This document shows positions 54,707-64,000 of a stretch of 64,000 nucleotides of DNA, piece after piece. Positions within the stretch are counted from its first letter, which is position 1. Each line of letters starts with the position of its first letter. Source of the stretch: an uncultured Eubacteriales bacterium (lineage in GTDB: Bacteria; Bacillota; Clostridia; Oscillospirales; CAG-272); the NCBI GenBank assembly GCA_934489945.1, contig CAKSSY010000002.1, forward strand, positions 14,002 to 78,001, read 5' to 3'. The notes under the pieces were generated by a model. The model worked only from the letters and a program-made list of their open reading frames with translations. It searched no databases and was not told the DNA's origin. The translations under genes and the position numbers were made by a program.

Positions 54707-55657
54707 TCAGCCGGTCATCTGCCGCAGCTTGTCAATCAAAGCCTTCATCTCATCCGGCAGATCACAGACAAATGTCATGGATTTCCCTGTCCGCGGATGG
54801 ATGAGGGTCAGTTCCGCGGCAAACAAACATTGCCCGTGAATCAGTGACTTGTTCGCCGTTTCAAAAGGCGTTTTACCGCCGCCATAGACCGTATCGCCCA
54901 TCAGCGGGTGTCCGAGATGCGCCATATGAACGCGGATCTGATGAGTTCTTCCGGTTTCCAGCACGCATTTCACAAGACAAAATCCGCGATACCGCTCCAA
55001 AACCTCATAGTGTGTCACAGCGCGACGTGAAAACCCCTGCCCCGGTCTGAGAACCGCCATTTTCTTACGATCCGTGGGATTCCGACCGATCGGTGCATCC
55101 ACCACGCCCGCCTCTTCTCTCAGATTTCCCACAAGAATTGCTGTATACACACGGCTCACGGTGTGATCTTTGAGTTGTTCCGAGAGGCACTGATGTGCAG
55201 CATCGTTTTTCGCGACCACGAGAAGTCCGCCCGTGTCCTTGTCGATCCGGTGGACAATCCCCGGACGTTCCACACCGCCGATTCCCGAAAGCGAATCTCC
55301 GCAATGGTAAAGAAGCGCGTTGACAAGTGTACCATCCTCATTTCCCGCCGCAGGATGGACAACCATACCGCTCGGCTTGTTGACAACAATGATGTCGTCG
55401 TCCTCATATACGATATTCAGCGGAATATTTTCCGCCTGTGCCTCGGCAGGTAACGGAGCGGGAATCGAAACCGTCACGCTTTCCCCCGCCGCCACTCTGT
55501 AATTTTTGCCAACGGCTTTTGCGTTCACGAGGACACCGCCGTCCTCAGTCAGTCTGACCGCCGCCGAGCGCGACATCCCGCCCTTTTCGCCAACAAAAAC
55601 ATCCAACCTCTTCCCGGCATCTTCAATCGTAACCGTAAAAATCAAATTTTCAGACAT
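54707..55657 (-). CDS. rluD: RluA-family 23S rRNA pseudouridine synthase (RluD-like) with an S4 domain
   Basis: 316 aa with an N-terminal S4-like region, the catalytic block GIVHRIDKDTGGLLVVAK and the HQIRVH motif. Confidence 0.88.
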   Translation of the reverse strand: MSENLIFTVTIEDAGKRLDVFVGEKGGMSRSAAVRLTEDGGVLVNAKAVGKNYRVAAGESVTVSIPAPLPAEAQAENIPLNIVYEDDDIIVVNKPSGMVVHPAAGNEDGTLVNALLYHCGDSLSGIGGVERPGIVHRIDKDTGGLLVVAKNDAAHQCLSEQLKDHTVSRVYTAILVGNLREEAGVVDAPIGRNPTDRKKMAVLRPGQGFSRRAVTHYEVLERYRGFCLVKCVLETGRTHQIRVHMAHLGHPLMGDTVYGGGKTPFETANKSLIHGQCLFAAELTLIHPRTGKSMTFVCDLPDEMKALIDKLRQMTG

Positions 55658-56156
55658 TTTTCTCCGATTTTTCTTTTCGATAGTCCCATATAATGTCGAT
55701 CAGCAAATATACAAACAAAATCCCGGCTCCGACGCAAACAAACGCGTCCGCAACATTGAAAATCCACTTCCAAAGTGACGGAAAAGCACAAAAATCCAAA
55801 AAATCCACCACCGTCCGTTTTCCCTCGCTGTCGATGTAAAAAAGACGGTCAATCATGTTTCCGATTCCACCGCCTGCAATCATAGAAAGCGGAATCCACA
55901 GCAATTTTTTCCGAGGACGATATTTTACCAGATAAAAAATAACGGCGGCGATTCCGACAAATGACAGCACCAAAAACACCCACCGGCTGTCACTGAGCAT
56001 CCCCATCGCGGCACCCGGATTGCGAATATACGTAATGTTGAAAACGCCGGGGATTACCGGAACGGATTGTTTTTCCGTCATATTCAGCATAACAATCCAC
56101 TTGCTCGCCTGATCCAGTCCGATCACACCCGCCATCACCAGAAAATAGTACCACAT
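55650..56156 (-). CDS. lspA: lipoprotein signal peptidase II
   Basis: 168 aa counted from MWYYFLVMAGVIGLDQASKW at 56156, with motifs NPGAAMG and FNVADAFVCVG. The ORF-track extension overlaps the ileS 3' end and is rejected. Confidence 0.88.
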   Translation of the reverse strand: MWYYFLVMAGVIGLDQASKWIVMLNMTEKQSVPVIPGVFNITYIRNPGAAMGMLSDSRWVFLVLSFVGIAAVIFYLVKYRPRKKLLWIPLSMIAGGGIGNMIDRLFYIDSEGKRTVVDFLDFCAFPSLWKWIFNVADAFVCVGAGILFVYLLIDIIWDYRKEKSEKNV

Positions 56157-56223
56157 AGTTCCGACCCACTCCTTTTTCAGAACGGACTGCCTTCCCGCTT
56201 TGCGGAAAAGCAGTCCGTCATTG

Positions 56224-59025
56224 TTAACTTTCGATAATGGCTCTGCACTTTGCGCAGAGGAAGCCGCCCTCTTCGGGATGAATTCCCTCTGTGGAATAGC
56301 TCCAACATCTGTCGCACTTTTCGCCGTCCGCAGGTTCGACCAAAACACCGATACCCGATGACGTTTCGCGGAACACACCGTCCGGAATTTCACCCTTAAC
56401 GAGCTTGGCCCCCGAGACAATATAAATTGTCGAAAGCTCCTTGCCAAAACCATTCAGCAATTCGTAAATTTTCTCGTCAGCAGTATAAATCGTCAGCTTG
56501 GCATCCAACGATTTGCCGATTTTCTTTTCGGCGCGTGCCAGTTCCAGTGCCTTCATCACGTCGTCACGAAGCGCAAACTGCCTGTCCCATCTTGCCGAAA
56601 GCTCGTCGAAATTCCACTCGGCACGCCAGGACGGCATTTCGTTCAGGAATACACTCTCGCGGTTCTCGCGTTTGCTGTGCGGCATTGCCTGCCAGATTTC
56701 CTCACCCGTAAAGGCGATGAGCGGCGAAACCATTCTCGTCAGCGCATCCAACACCATATACATAGCAGTCTGTGCACTGCGGCGTGGGAACCCGTCCTTT
56801 TTGCCGACATACACGCGATCCTTGGTAATATCGATATACAGTTTGGAAAGATTGGTTGTACAGAAATTGCTGATCTCGTGATAAACGATATGGAATTCAA
56901 AATCGTCATAAGCCTTACGAACCGTTGCCGTAAGGTCGTTACATTCGGAAAGAATCCACTTGTCGATTTCCACCATGTCCTCCGCCTTCACCATATCGGT
57001 GTCGGGGTTGAAATCTCCGAGATTCGCCATAATGATGCGGGCGGTATTCCGAATTTTACGATACGCTTCGGAAAGTTGTTTGAAAATCGGGTCCGAAACG
57101 CGGACATCCACTCTGTAGTCGCTTGAAGCCACCCAAAGTCTGACCAGATCGGCACCGTACTTGGAAATCATTTCCTCGGGTGCGACCGAATTGCCCAGCG
57201 ATTTGTGCATCGCCTTGCCCTCGCCGTCCACGACCCAGCCGTGTGTCAGAACCGTCTTGTACGGGGCTCCCTCACCCTTGGCACCGACAGCCGTCAACAA
57301 AGAGGACTGGAACCATCCGCGGTACTGGTCGGCACCTTCCAGATACAGATCTGCCGGCCATTTCATGCCCTCACGGTCCTCCAGTGTGGCAAAGTGGCTC
57401 GATCCCGAGTCAAACCAACCGTCCAGCGTGTTGCTTTCCTTGGTAAAACTCTTGCCGCCGCAGAACGGGCAACTGTAATTTTCGGGCAGAAGCTCCTTCA
57501 CATCCAGATCATACCAGCAGTTGGAACCTTTTTCGCCGAAGAGACGGGAAATGTTGTCAATTGTCTGATCATCACAGATCGGTTTTCCGCAGTCGGCGCA
57601 ATAAAAGACAGGAATCGGAAGTCCCCAATGCCGCTGACGGGAAATACACCAGTCTGCACGTTCGCGCACCATCTGCTTGATGCGTTCTCCGCCCCACTCC
57701 GGCAACCATTCCACCTTGTCGCAGGCGGCAACGGCGGCATCCTTGAAGGCATCCACCGAGCAGAACCACTGCGGCGTAGCGCGGAAGATGATGGGAGACT
57801 TGCATCTCCAGCAGTGCGGATACTCATGTTCAATTTCCTCGGAAGCGAACAAGGCTCCGCTCTGCTTCATTTCGGCAAGAATTGCCTCGTTCGATTCGGC
57901 ATAATACATTCCGGCAAACTTTCCGGCATCCTTGGTCTGATATCCCTTGTCGTCCACGGGAACAAGAATCTCTATATTGTAACGGCGGCAGGTCTGATAG
58001 TCGTCGGCACCGAACCCGGGAGCCGTATGAACGCAACCCGTACCACTATCCATCGTAACGTAGTCGGCATTTACCAACAGACTTTCGCGGTCAAGAAACG
58101 GATGTTGTGCCGTCATGAACTCAAACTCACGTCCGGGCATGGAACAGACGATCTCATAAGAATCGATGCCGCCCTCACGCATGTTTTTTTCCAGAAGTGC
58201 CTCGGCAACGATGTAGGTCTCGCCATTTCCCGCCTTTGCGGCAACATAGGTCTCATCGGGATTCAGCGCGATGGCAAGGTTGCCCGGAAGCGTCCATGTA
58301 GTCGTCGTCCAGATCACGAAGTAGGTCTTGGAGAGGTCGCAGGCAGACAGTTTGCCCTTGTCATCCTTCACCTTGAATTTAACATAAATAGAGGTACATT
58401 TATCGGTCTGATACTCAATCTCCGCCTCAGCAAGTGCCGTCTCGTCCTTCGGGCACCAGTACACGGGCTTGAGTCCCTTGTAAATATAACCCTTTTTAAA
58501 CATTTCCCCGAACACTCTGACCTCTCTTGCTTCAAAAGAGGGATTCATCGTCAGGTAGGGGTTCTGCCAGTCACCCGTCACACCGAGACGGATAAACTGC
58601 CCCCGCTGAATGTCCACAAAATCCTGTGCAAACTTGTGGCAAGCATTGCGGAATTCGGAGATCGACATTTTTTTGCGGTCGAGCTTGTTTTTCCGGATGA
58701 TAGCACTTTCAATGGGCATACCGTGATTATCCCAGCCCGGAATATAAGGAACACGGTAACCGCTCATTGCCTTGGACTTGTTGATAAAATCCTTGAGAAT
58801 CTTGTTCATCGCGGTTCCCATATGAATGTTGCCGTTGGAAAAAGGGGGACCGTCGTGAAGAACATAGAGCGGCTTGTCCTTTGCCGTATCCAACATTTTA
58901 TGATACAAATCAATCGAATCCCAGTATTTCAGCATTTCCGGCTCACGCGTCGGCAGATTCGCCTTCATTGCGAAGGTTGTACTCGGCAAATTGAGTGTAC
59001 TTGTAAAATCCTTTGCCATTTTCAA
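56224..59025 (-). CDS. ileS: isoleucine--tRNA ligase
   Basis: 933 aa with the HIGH-type motif PFSNGNIHMGT, the KMSKS-type motif KAMHKSLGN and a C-terminal zinc-finger (CDRCW...CAKC). Confidence 0.95.
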   Translation of the reverse strand: MKMAKDFTSTLNLPSTTFAMKANLPTREPEMLKYWDSIDLYHKMLDTAKDKPLYVLHDGPPFSNGNIHMGTAMNKILKDFINKSKAMSGYRVPYIPGWDNHGMPIESAIIRKNKLDRKKMSISEFRNACHKFAQDFVDIQRGQFIRLGVTGDWQNPYLTMNPSFEAREVRVFGEMFKKGYIYKGLKPVYWCPKDETALAEAEIEYQTDKCTSIYVKFKVKDDKGKLSACDLSKTYFVIWTTTTWTLPGNLAIALNPDETYVAAKAGNGETYIVAEALLEKNMREGGIDSYEIVCSMPGREFEFMTAQHPFLDRESLLVNADYVTMDSGTGCVHTAPGFGADDYQTCRRYNIEILVPVDDKGYQTKDAGKFAGMYYAESNEAILAEMKQSGALFASEEIEHEYPHCWRCKSPIIFRATPQWFCSVDAFKDAAVAACDKVEWLPEWGGERIKQMVRERADWCISRQRHWGLPIPVFYCADCGKPICDDQTIDNISRLFGEKGSNCWYDLDVKELLPENYSCPFCGGKSFTKESNTLDGWFDSGSSHFATLEDREGMKWPADLYLEGADQYRGWFQSSLLTAVGAKGEGAPYKTVLTHGWVVDGEGKAMHKSLGNSVAPEEMISKYGADLVRLWVASSDYRVDVRVSDPIFKQLSEAYRKIRNTARIIMANLGDFNPDTDMVKAEDMVEIDKWILSECNDLTATVRKAYDDFEFHIVYHEISNFCTTNLSKLYIDITKDRVYVGKKDGFPRRSAQTAMYMVLDALTRMVSPLIAFTGEEIWQAMPHSKRENRESVFLNEMPSWRAEWNFDELSARWDRQFALRDDVMKALELARAEKKIGKSLDAKLTIYTADEKIYELLNGFGKELSTIYIVSGAKLVKGEIPDGVFRETSSGIGVLVEPADGEKCDRCWSYSTEGIHPEEGGFLCAKCRAIIES

Positions 59026-59039
59026 ATGACTCCTTTTTA

Positions 59040-59852
59040 TCAGTCGTATTGATCCGCATAGAGGCGGTATCTTCCCTTTTTTGTCTGTTCCGAGACACTG
59101 CGGATCACGTATTTTCCGTGTCCGCGGATACTGATAACAGCACCCTCTCCCGGCATTTTATCGTTTCGGTCGGCAACCTCATAGTTGACTTCGACCGCCC
59201 CTTCGCGAATCGCGCCTTGCGCCTTTTCGCGCGAAGTCCCGATGAGTGCCGAGACAATATTGTCCAGCCTCGGGGACGCCACGGTGTCGTGAATCGGGAG
59301 AAAGCGACGCTCCACCCGAAAATCGTCACCGATCTTTGACATTGTCACCTTCACCGCATCGTTTCCGACCCTGTGAAGCTCCTGTATCAGAAAGGTTGCT
59401 ATGGTTCTGTCGCAGAAAATGAGTGCGTGAGCATTGTCGGTCACAACAATGTCCCCCACCTTGCTCCTTTCAACGCCCAAAGCCAGAAGCGAACCGAGAA
59501 AATCCCTGTGTGTCAGTTTCCGGTATCCGCTTCCCGCGACTGCCAGAACCGCCACCGCCTCGGCGGCAAGTTCGGGAACCGCATCGCGGACAAATGCAGC
59601 GGTGTACTCACCGTTCCCGTTTGCAAGATACCCGGGCAGAACAAACAGCCGGTTGCGTTCGCTCCCATCATAACCGCCGTAAAAAACAGCAAAAGCGTCC
59701 GTGTCATTTTTCCGGATCTGTCCGCCAAGCCAAAATTGCTCGGCAGGTGTCAGAAAAGGACCGACGCATGGTTCATACCTCCGGGCACGGCGAAAAAGAT
59801 CGTCCACCCGTGCCAAAAGGAGTGCCTTTTCGGCATCCGCACCTTCCCTCAT
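59040..59852 (-). CDS. ylmH: YlmH-like S4-domain RNA-binding protein
   Basis: About 270 aa with the motifs THRDFLGSLLALGVERSKVGDI and a C-terminal S4 domain (ASPRLDNIVSALIGTSREKAQGAIREGAVEVN). Its ATG overlaps the yggT stop (ATGA at 59849-59852). Confidence 0.8.
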   Translation of the reverse strand: MREGADAEKALLLARVDDLFRRARRYEPCVGPFLTPAEQFWLGGQIRKNDTDAFAVFYGGYDGSERNRLFVLPGYLANGNGEYTAAFVRDAVPELAAEAVAVLAVAGSGYRKLTHRDFLGSLLALGVERSKVGDIVVTDNAHALIFCDRTIATFLIQELHRVGNDAVKVTMSKIGDDFRVERRFLPIHDTVASPRLDNIVSALIGTSREKAQGAIREGAVEVNYEVADRNDKMPGEGAVISIRGHGKYVIRSVSEQTKKGRYRLYADQYD

Positions 59853-60139
59853 CCCAATAACCCCGCCGACAGCGTAGAGACCAAAGTCTGTACCACACAC
59901 AGCAACAGCCATGCAATGATGAAAGAAAAATCGATCGGAGAGTTCCGAAAAATTTCAAAGCGTTCAAAAAACGCACGCACCGGCACAACAACGGGATCGG
60001 TGATGATATAGATAATGTCTGTCCACGCCTGTCCGTCAAGAGTCGGTATCCATGAGATAACCGCCCGTACAATCATGGCAATTTCCAGAATCAGGAGCAG
60101 CGCAGAGACGATCCTTGCCACCAGATATAAACCCAACAT
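59849..60139 (-). CDS. yggT: YggT/YlmG family membrane protein
   Basis: 96 aa with two TM helices and the motif IMIVRAVISWI, at the typical position after sepF. Confidence 0.8.
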   Translation of the reverse strand: MLGLYLVARIVSALLLILEIAMIVRAVISWIPTLDGQAWTDIIYIITDPVVVPVRAFFERFEIFRNSPIDFSFIIAWLLLCVVQTLVSTLSAGLLG

Positions 60140-60205
60140 AACCCTCTCCTTTGCGCCGCGAAAAAACGCGGAACAACACGGGTCGCCCCGTGTTCTCCGT
60201 ATCCT

Positions 60206-60658
60206 TTACTCGCCCTTTGTCTCATCCTCGCTGTCATCGGTAATACCCGAAGGAGAGACGACCACCGTAGTATTGGACACATTCTTCATATTGCCGCGAA
60301 TAACGTACAGAACCCCCATCAAAAAGTCCATAAAGCGGATCATTTCCGCCTTTTCCAAAGCCTCCACATTCAAAACGACCGTACTGCCGGCGATCAGACT
60401 GTCGGCAACTTTGGTTGCCTCCCCGTAATTCTTGGGAGTCATGACCTTAAGAGACACAGCCGCCTCGTTGATTCCGCCGAAATTGGTCTGAGGTTTCTCG
60501 CGAACGACCTCTTTGATGTCGGCATCGATATTGACGACGGGCTCGGGGTCTTCCTTCGCGTCGATTTCTTCCTTGGTTTCAAAGCCATCGGGATAATAGG
60601 AACCGTAATAAGAATCGTCTTCTTTTCTCTTGCCGAAACCGGGCAATTTGATAACCAT
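60206..60658 (-). CDS. sepF: cell-division protein SepF
   Basis: 150 aa counted from the ATG at 60658 (GGAGG Shine-Dalgarno sequence), with the C-terminal SepF domain (PKNYGEATKVADSLIAGSTVVLNVEALEKAEMIRFMDFLMG). Confidence 0.85.
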   Translation of the reverse strand: MVIKLPGFGKRKEDDSYYGSYYPDGFETKEEIDAKEDPEPVVNIDADIKEVVREKPQTNFGGINEAAVSLKVMTPKNYGEATKVADSLIAGSTVVLNVEALEKAEMIRFMDFLMGVLYVIRGNMKNVSNTTVVVSPSGITDDSEDETKGE

Positions 60659-60679
60659 GATAACCTCCAAAATGTATAA

Positions 60680-61378
60680 TTATTTTTCAAACAGTTTTCT
60701 TCCGACACGGATCGCGGTTGCACCGCAGGCAATTGCCTGTTCAAAACTTCCGCTCATTCCCATAGACAACATATATTTTTTATTATCCATGTTTTCACCG
60801 AAAATGTCAACAGCTATTCGTGAAATTTCCCGAAAATAGTTGCAAAAATCCTCCGGATTTTCGCAAACGGGTGCCATAGTCATCAGACCGGACAGCTTCA
60901 GATGCGGATATTTCCCGATCGCCCCGCAAAGCGATGCTGCATCTTCGGGCAAAACGCCGCTTTTGTTTTCTTCTCTGCCGCTGTTGACTTCAACCAAAAC
61001 TTTCATGATCCGTCCGTGTTTTTCCGCCTGCCGGTCAATCTCGGCGGCAAGGTGCTCGGAATCTACCGAGTGGATCATGGTAACCTTGTCGATGATGTAC
61101 TTGACCTTGTTGGTCTGCAAATGACCGATAAAGTGAAAATTCAATCCCACGCGGTCAATTTTTTCATAATGCTCCAGAAGCTGTTGCACGCGGTTCTCAC
61201 CGATGTCGCACAGACCGCAATGATGATGAAGATAGTCGATTTCCTCGGCAGTACCGCTTTTTGCCGCGGCAATCAAGGTTACGGGAGAAGTACGTCCCGC
61301 CGCCTTTTCCGCCGCATCCATACGGGAACGTATGTCTTTATAATTTCTGTCAAGATACGAAAAATCCATTTGTTCCAT
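60680..61378 (-). CDS. yggS: YggS/YlmE family pyridoxal-phosphate homeostasis protein
   Basis: About 232 aa. The PLP lysine lies in VTLIAAAKSG, followed by FHFIGHLQTNKVKY and LSMGMSGSFEQAI. I chose the start at 61378. Confidence 0.85.
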   Translation of the reverse strand: MEQMDFSYLDRNYKDIRSRMDAAEKAAGRTSPVTLIAAAKSGTAEEIDYLHHHCGLCDIGENRVQQLLEHYEKIDRVGLNFHFIGHLQTNKVKYIIDKVTMIHSVDSEHLAAEIDRQAEKHGRIMKVLVEVNSGREENKSGVLPEDAASLCGAIGKYPHLKLSGLMTMAPVCENPEDFCNYFREISRIAVDIFGENMDNKKYMLSMGMSGSFEQAIACGATAIRVGRKLFEK

Positions 61379-61435
61379 TCCTTTTCCCCGTTTTAGCACG
61401 GGTGACATGGCTAATATTGATAGTATAGCACATTT

Positions 61436-62380
61436 TCAAGAAAATTGAAATGCCTTTTCGGTTTTTTTTACAATTTCTTCAAAGCTTTCCCGCGACAAAT
61501 TCCCCTCCGTCGCGACAGGATCCACATATGGCTTTGCTCCGAACCATGTAATCTGTCGTTTGGCGTAGTGTCGCGTAGCAAGTTTGATGGCGGCGACCGC
61601 CTCTCCGCGTGTACCGTTTCCGTCCAAAAAGGAGATCAGTTCCTTGTAACCGATTGCCTGAGCCGCAGTACAATCACGGGGCAGCCTTCCCGTTCCGATA
61701 AGCGTCCGCACCTCGTTTTCAAGACCGGCAGTCATCATGGCGTCCACACGACGATCAATCCGATCGTACAACACCTCGCGGTCTGGATAGGAAAGTCCGA
61801 ACACAAGTGCACGATAAGGAGAAGGTGCCATACGGGAACGTCTGTCCCATTCGGACTTCGGAATTCCCGTCAGAATTCCGATTTCCAATGCCCGAACCAC
61901 CCGTTTGACATTGTTCGGATGAATGGCGGCGGCAGATATGGGGTCTGAAGTCTCCAACCGCTCCCAAAGTGCCTGTACGCCGATTTTCTCCGCCTCGGCA
62001 AAAAGAGAAGCTCTCAGTTGCGGGTCGCTTCCGGCATCGGAGTAGGCATTGTCGGACAGCACCGCGTCCAGATACAACCCCGTACCGCCACAAAAGATGG
62101 GAAGTTTTCCGCGGGTGTGGACTTGTTCAATCGCCGCTTTTGCCAACGGAACATAGTCGGCAACCGAAAAATTCACCGACGGTTCCGCAATGTCGATCAG
62201 ATGATGCGGAATCCCCTGTTTTTCCTCCTCGGTCGGCTTCGCCGTACCGATGTCCATTCCCCTGTAGACCTGCATGGAATCGCAGGAAACGATTTCACCG
62301 CCGAAATACCGCGCAAGAGCGATTGAAAGTGCGGTTTTGCCGGATGCCGTCGCTCCGACGACGGCAAGTACATTCATCAT
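61436..62380 (-). CDS. miaA: tRNA dimethylallyltransferase
   Basis: 314 aa with the P-loop VVGATASGKT, followed by SCDSMQVYRGMDIGTAKP and GGTGLY. Confidence 0.92.
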   Translation of the reverse strand: MMNVLAVVGATASGKTALSIALARYFGGEIVSCDSMQVYRGMDIGTAKPTEEEKQGIPHHLIDIAEPSVNFSVADYVPLAKAAIEQVHTRGKLPIFCGGTGLYLDAVLSDNAYSDAGSDPQLRASLFAEAEKIGVQALWERLETSDPISAAAIHPNNVKRVVRALEIGILTGIPKSEWDRRSRMAPSPYRALVFGLSYPDREVLYDRIDRRVDAMMTAGLENEVRTLIGTGRLPRDCTAAQAIGYKELISFLDGNGTRGEAVAAIKLATRHYAKRQITWFGAKPYVDPVATEGNLSRESFEEIVKKTEKAFQFS

Positions 62381-62431
62381 ATTCTTATTTCCGCCTCCGT
62401 CTGAAAAGAAAGAGTCGTTCCTTTCGGTTAC

Positions 62432-62459
62432 AGTATATCATATTCCTGCGTTTTGTCAA
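62432..62459 (-). promoter_or_regulatory. sigma-A-type promoter of miaA
   Basis: The minus strand reads TTGACA (62459-62454), a 16-nt spacer, then TATACT (62437-62432). Confidence 0.5.
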
Positions 62460-62602
62460 CATGAAAAGACACTTTTCCGATAGAATCTCATCTTGATTGG
62501 TTGGGTTTGAAGCCTCACGACACCGTCGTCCCGAAACGTCAGAATTCTATATCGAATCGCCGTTGTTTACGGCATATAAGAAAATTACCGATCGGAACTC
62601 TT

Positions 62603-63679
62603 TTATACGATAAACATGGCATCCCCAAAACTGAAGAAACGATATTTTTCCTCCACGGCAATTCTGTACGCCTCAAGCATTTTCTCACGGTTGTAAAATG
62701 CCGAGACCAACATCAGAAGCGTGCTTTCCGGCAGATGAAAATTGGTAATCAACGCGTCCACCGCCCTGAAACGGTAACCGGGATAAATGAAAATTCCCGT
62801 CTCGCCGCACATGGCACGGACAGTCCCATTCTCGTCGGCAACACTCTCCAAAGTACGACAGGAAGTCGTCCCGACGGCAATCACCCTGCCTCCCGCGGCG
62901 CGTCCGGCATTGATCAGATCGGCACTTTCACGGGAGACCGAAAAATACTCGGTGTGCATAACGTGTTCACCGATGTTCTCCGCCTTGACAGGACGGAAGG
63001 TACCCAGACCGACATGAAGCATCACGGGAGCGATTGCCACGCCCTTCTCCCGGATTTTTCCGAGCAATTCTTCAGTAAAATGCAGTCCCGCCGTGGGTGC
63101 CGCCGCACTTCCCTCTTCGTTGGCGTATACCGTCTGATAGCGGTCATTGTCGCGAAGCTGTTCGGTAATGTAGGGCGGAAGTGGCATCAGACCGATTTCG
63201 TGCAGAATTTCATAGACATTGGCATATTTTTTTTCGTCATATTCAAATCGGATCAGGCGGGTTCCCTCCTCGACAATGTCGACAATTTCACCGACCAGCA
63301 TCCCCCCGCCGAAAACGAGACGACTGCCGATCTTCGCCCGCTTGCCGGGTTTCACGAGGGTTTCCCATGTATCCGACGAACGGGAACGAAGCAGAAGAAG
63401 CTCTATAACCGCGTCCTCCCGCCCCTCCGTGTGACCATAGAGCCTTGCGGGGATAACTTTGGAGTTGTTGATAACGAGGACATCCCCGGGGTTCAGCATA
63501 TCCGCAATATCATAAAAATGTTTGTGTTCAATGTTGCCGCTTTTGCGGTCTATACACATCAGCCGGGAATGATCGCGCGGCTCAATCGGCGTCTGAGCGA
63601 TCCGTTCCTTGGGCAAGTCATAGAAAAAATCCGACGTTCTGAGGTCGGTGGCACGCATGGGATTGGTGATAACAGGCAT
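62603..63679 (-). CDS. queA: tRNA preQ1(34) S-adenosylmethionine ribosyltransferase-isomerase
   Basis: 358 aa with [34 protein letters not shown] and [11 protein letters not shown]. Confidence 0.93.
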   Translation of the reverse strand: MPVITNPMRATDLRTSDFFYDLPKERIAQTPIEPRDHSRLMCIDRKSGNIEHKHFYDIADMLNPGDVLVINNSKVIPARLYGHTEGREDAVIELLLLRSRSSDTWETLVKPGKRAKIGSRLVFGGGMLVGEIVDIVEEGTRLIRFEYDEKKYANVYEILHEIGLMPLPPYITEQLRDNDRYQTVYANEEGSAAAPTAGLHFTEELLGKIREKGVAIAPVMLHVGLGTFRPVKAENIGEHVMHTEYFSVSRESADLINAGRAAGGRVIAVGTTSCRTLESVADENGTVRAMCGETGIFIYPGYRFRAVDALITNFHLPESTLLMLVSAFYNREKMLEAYRIAVEEKYRFFSFGDAMFIV

Positions 63680-63739
63680 GAAAGTGTTCCTTTCCTTTGG
63701 CTCGGCGCATACACTGATAACGCAAAGTCATTCAAAGAT

Positions 63740-63768
63740 ATTATAAACCTTTTTTGTCGTTTTTGCAA
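63740..63768 (-). promoter_or_regulatory. sigma-A-type promoter of queA
   Basis: The minus strand reads TTGCAA (63768-63763), a 17-nt spacer, then TATAAT (63745-63740). Confidence 0.55.
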
Positions 63769-63805
63769 TACCCTGTCCGATTTTTGTTACCCGAAAGGAG
63801 AACAC

Positions 63806-64000
63806 ATGGAAAAAACAAGGCTCTTTGAAGGTGCCGCCACCGCACTGATCACACCGTTTTCGGACGGAAGAGTGGATTTTGATGCCTACGGAAAACTGAT
63901 TGAACGTCAAATCGAAAGCGGGATTGATGCGTTGGTTGTAACCGGAACGACGGGCGAAGCCCCCACCCTCACCGACACCGAACACCGCGCCTGTATTGCC
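63806..64000 (+). CDS. dapA: 4-hydroxy-tetrahydrodipicolinate synthase, 5' part (runs off the window)
   Basis: ATG at 63806 after an AAAGGAG Shine-Dalgarno sequence. The translation is MEKTRLFEGAATALITPFSDGRVDFDAYGKLIERQIESGIDALVVTGTTGEAPTLTDTEH..., a typical DapA N-terminus. Confidence 0.88.
   Translation, partial: MEKTRLFEGAATALITPFSDGRVDFDAYGKLIERQIESGIDALVVTGTTGEAPTLTDTEHRACIA

Noticed and set aside
59026-59039. Expected T-box leader upstream of ileS.
   Set aside because: Only 14 nt separate ylmH from ileS. No specifier-loop or T-box sequence can fit, so none is called.
57205-59052. 615-aa plus-strand ORF opposite ileS, and the 428-aa ORF at 23540-24826 opposite tuf.
   Set aside because: These are antisense shadow ORFs of unmistakable housekeeping genes, with no independent coding signal.
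63680-63805. Lysine (L-box) riboswitch before dapA, or a preQ1 riboswitch before queA.
   Set aside because: The 126-nt divergent region is too short for an L-box. It contains only promoter-like hexamers and Shine-Dalgarno sequences, and I could not find a preQ1-type consensus hairpin.

Overview
This is a 64-kb chromosomal window from a moderately GC-rich, spore-forming Firmicute. It looks like a Clostridia / Oscillospiraceae-type genome; that is an inference from spoIVB, gene order and the protein sequences. The window is densely coding and mostly on the minus strand. Core blocks: (i) rpoB-rpoC, then rpsL-rpsG-fusA-tuf (35.7 to 23.5 kb), with divergent rpsT. (ii) metK behind a SAM-I riboswitch and an ECF riboflavin S-component (ribU) behind an FMN riboswitch. 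(iii) mreB, an Fe-S aldo/keto reductase, a PPi-type PFK, an SDR, an LRR lipoprotein and an HPr-like gene. (iv) comFC-recD2. (v) A dcw-distal block: queA, miaA, yggS, sepF, yggT, ylmH, ileS, lspA, rluD. (vi) spoIVB, sanA, a hemolysin-III gene and a BlaI/BlaR1-like pair. I saw no transposase, integrase, prophage gene, CRISPR array, tRNA or rRNA. The accessory part lies at 36.4-53.6 kb. It has two AraC-controlled clusters that together encode seven Gfo/Idh/MocA oxidoreductase paralogues. The candidate novel system is a tightly packed operon of four Gfo/Idh/MocA genes ending in an atypical glycyl-radical enzyme (Cys loop GCNWMC, glycine loop RVTGF), with no activase or transporter nearby. The second cluster has two tandem ~425-aa Gfo-like paralogues lacking the EKP motif, a xylose-isomerase-like TIM barrel and a canonical Gfo gene. 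Other items worth a second look: an 83-bp tandem repeat array plus an orphan near-consensus promoter between tuf and the FMN riboswitch; a protein-like ORF with no start codon at 45.4-45.9 kb; and a BlaR1-like protease whose sensor domain is not a penicillin-binding domain. All functional calls come from motif recognition by eye; no database search was run.
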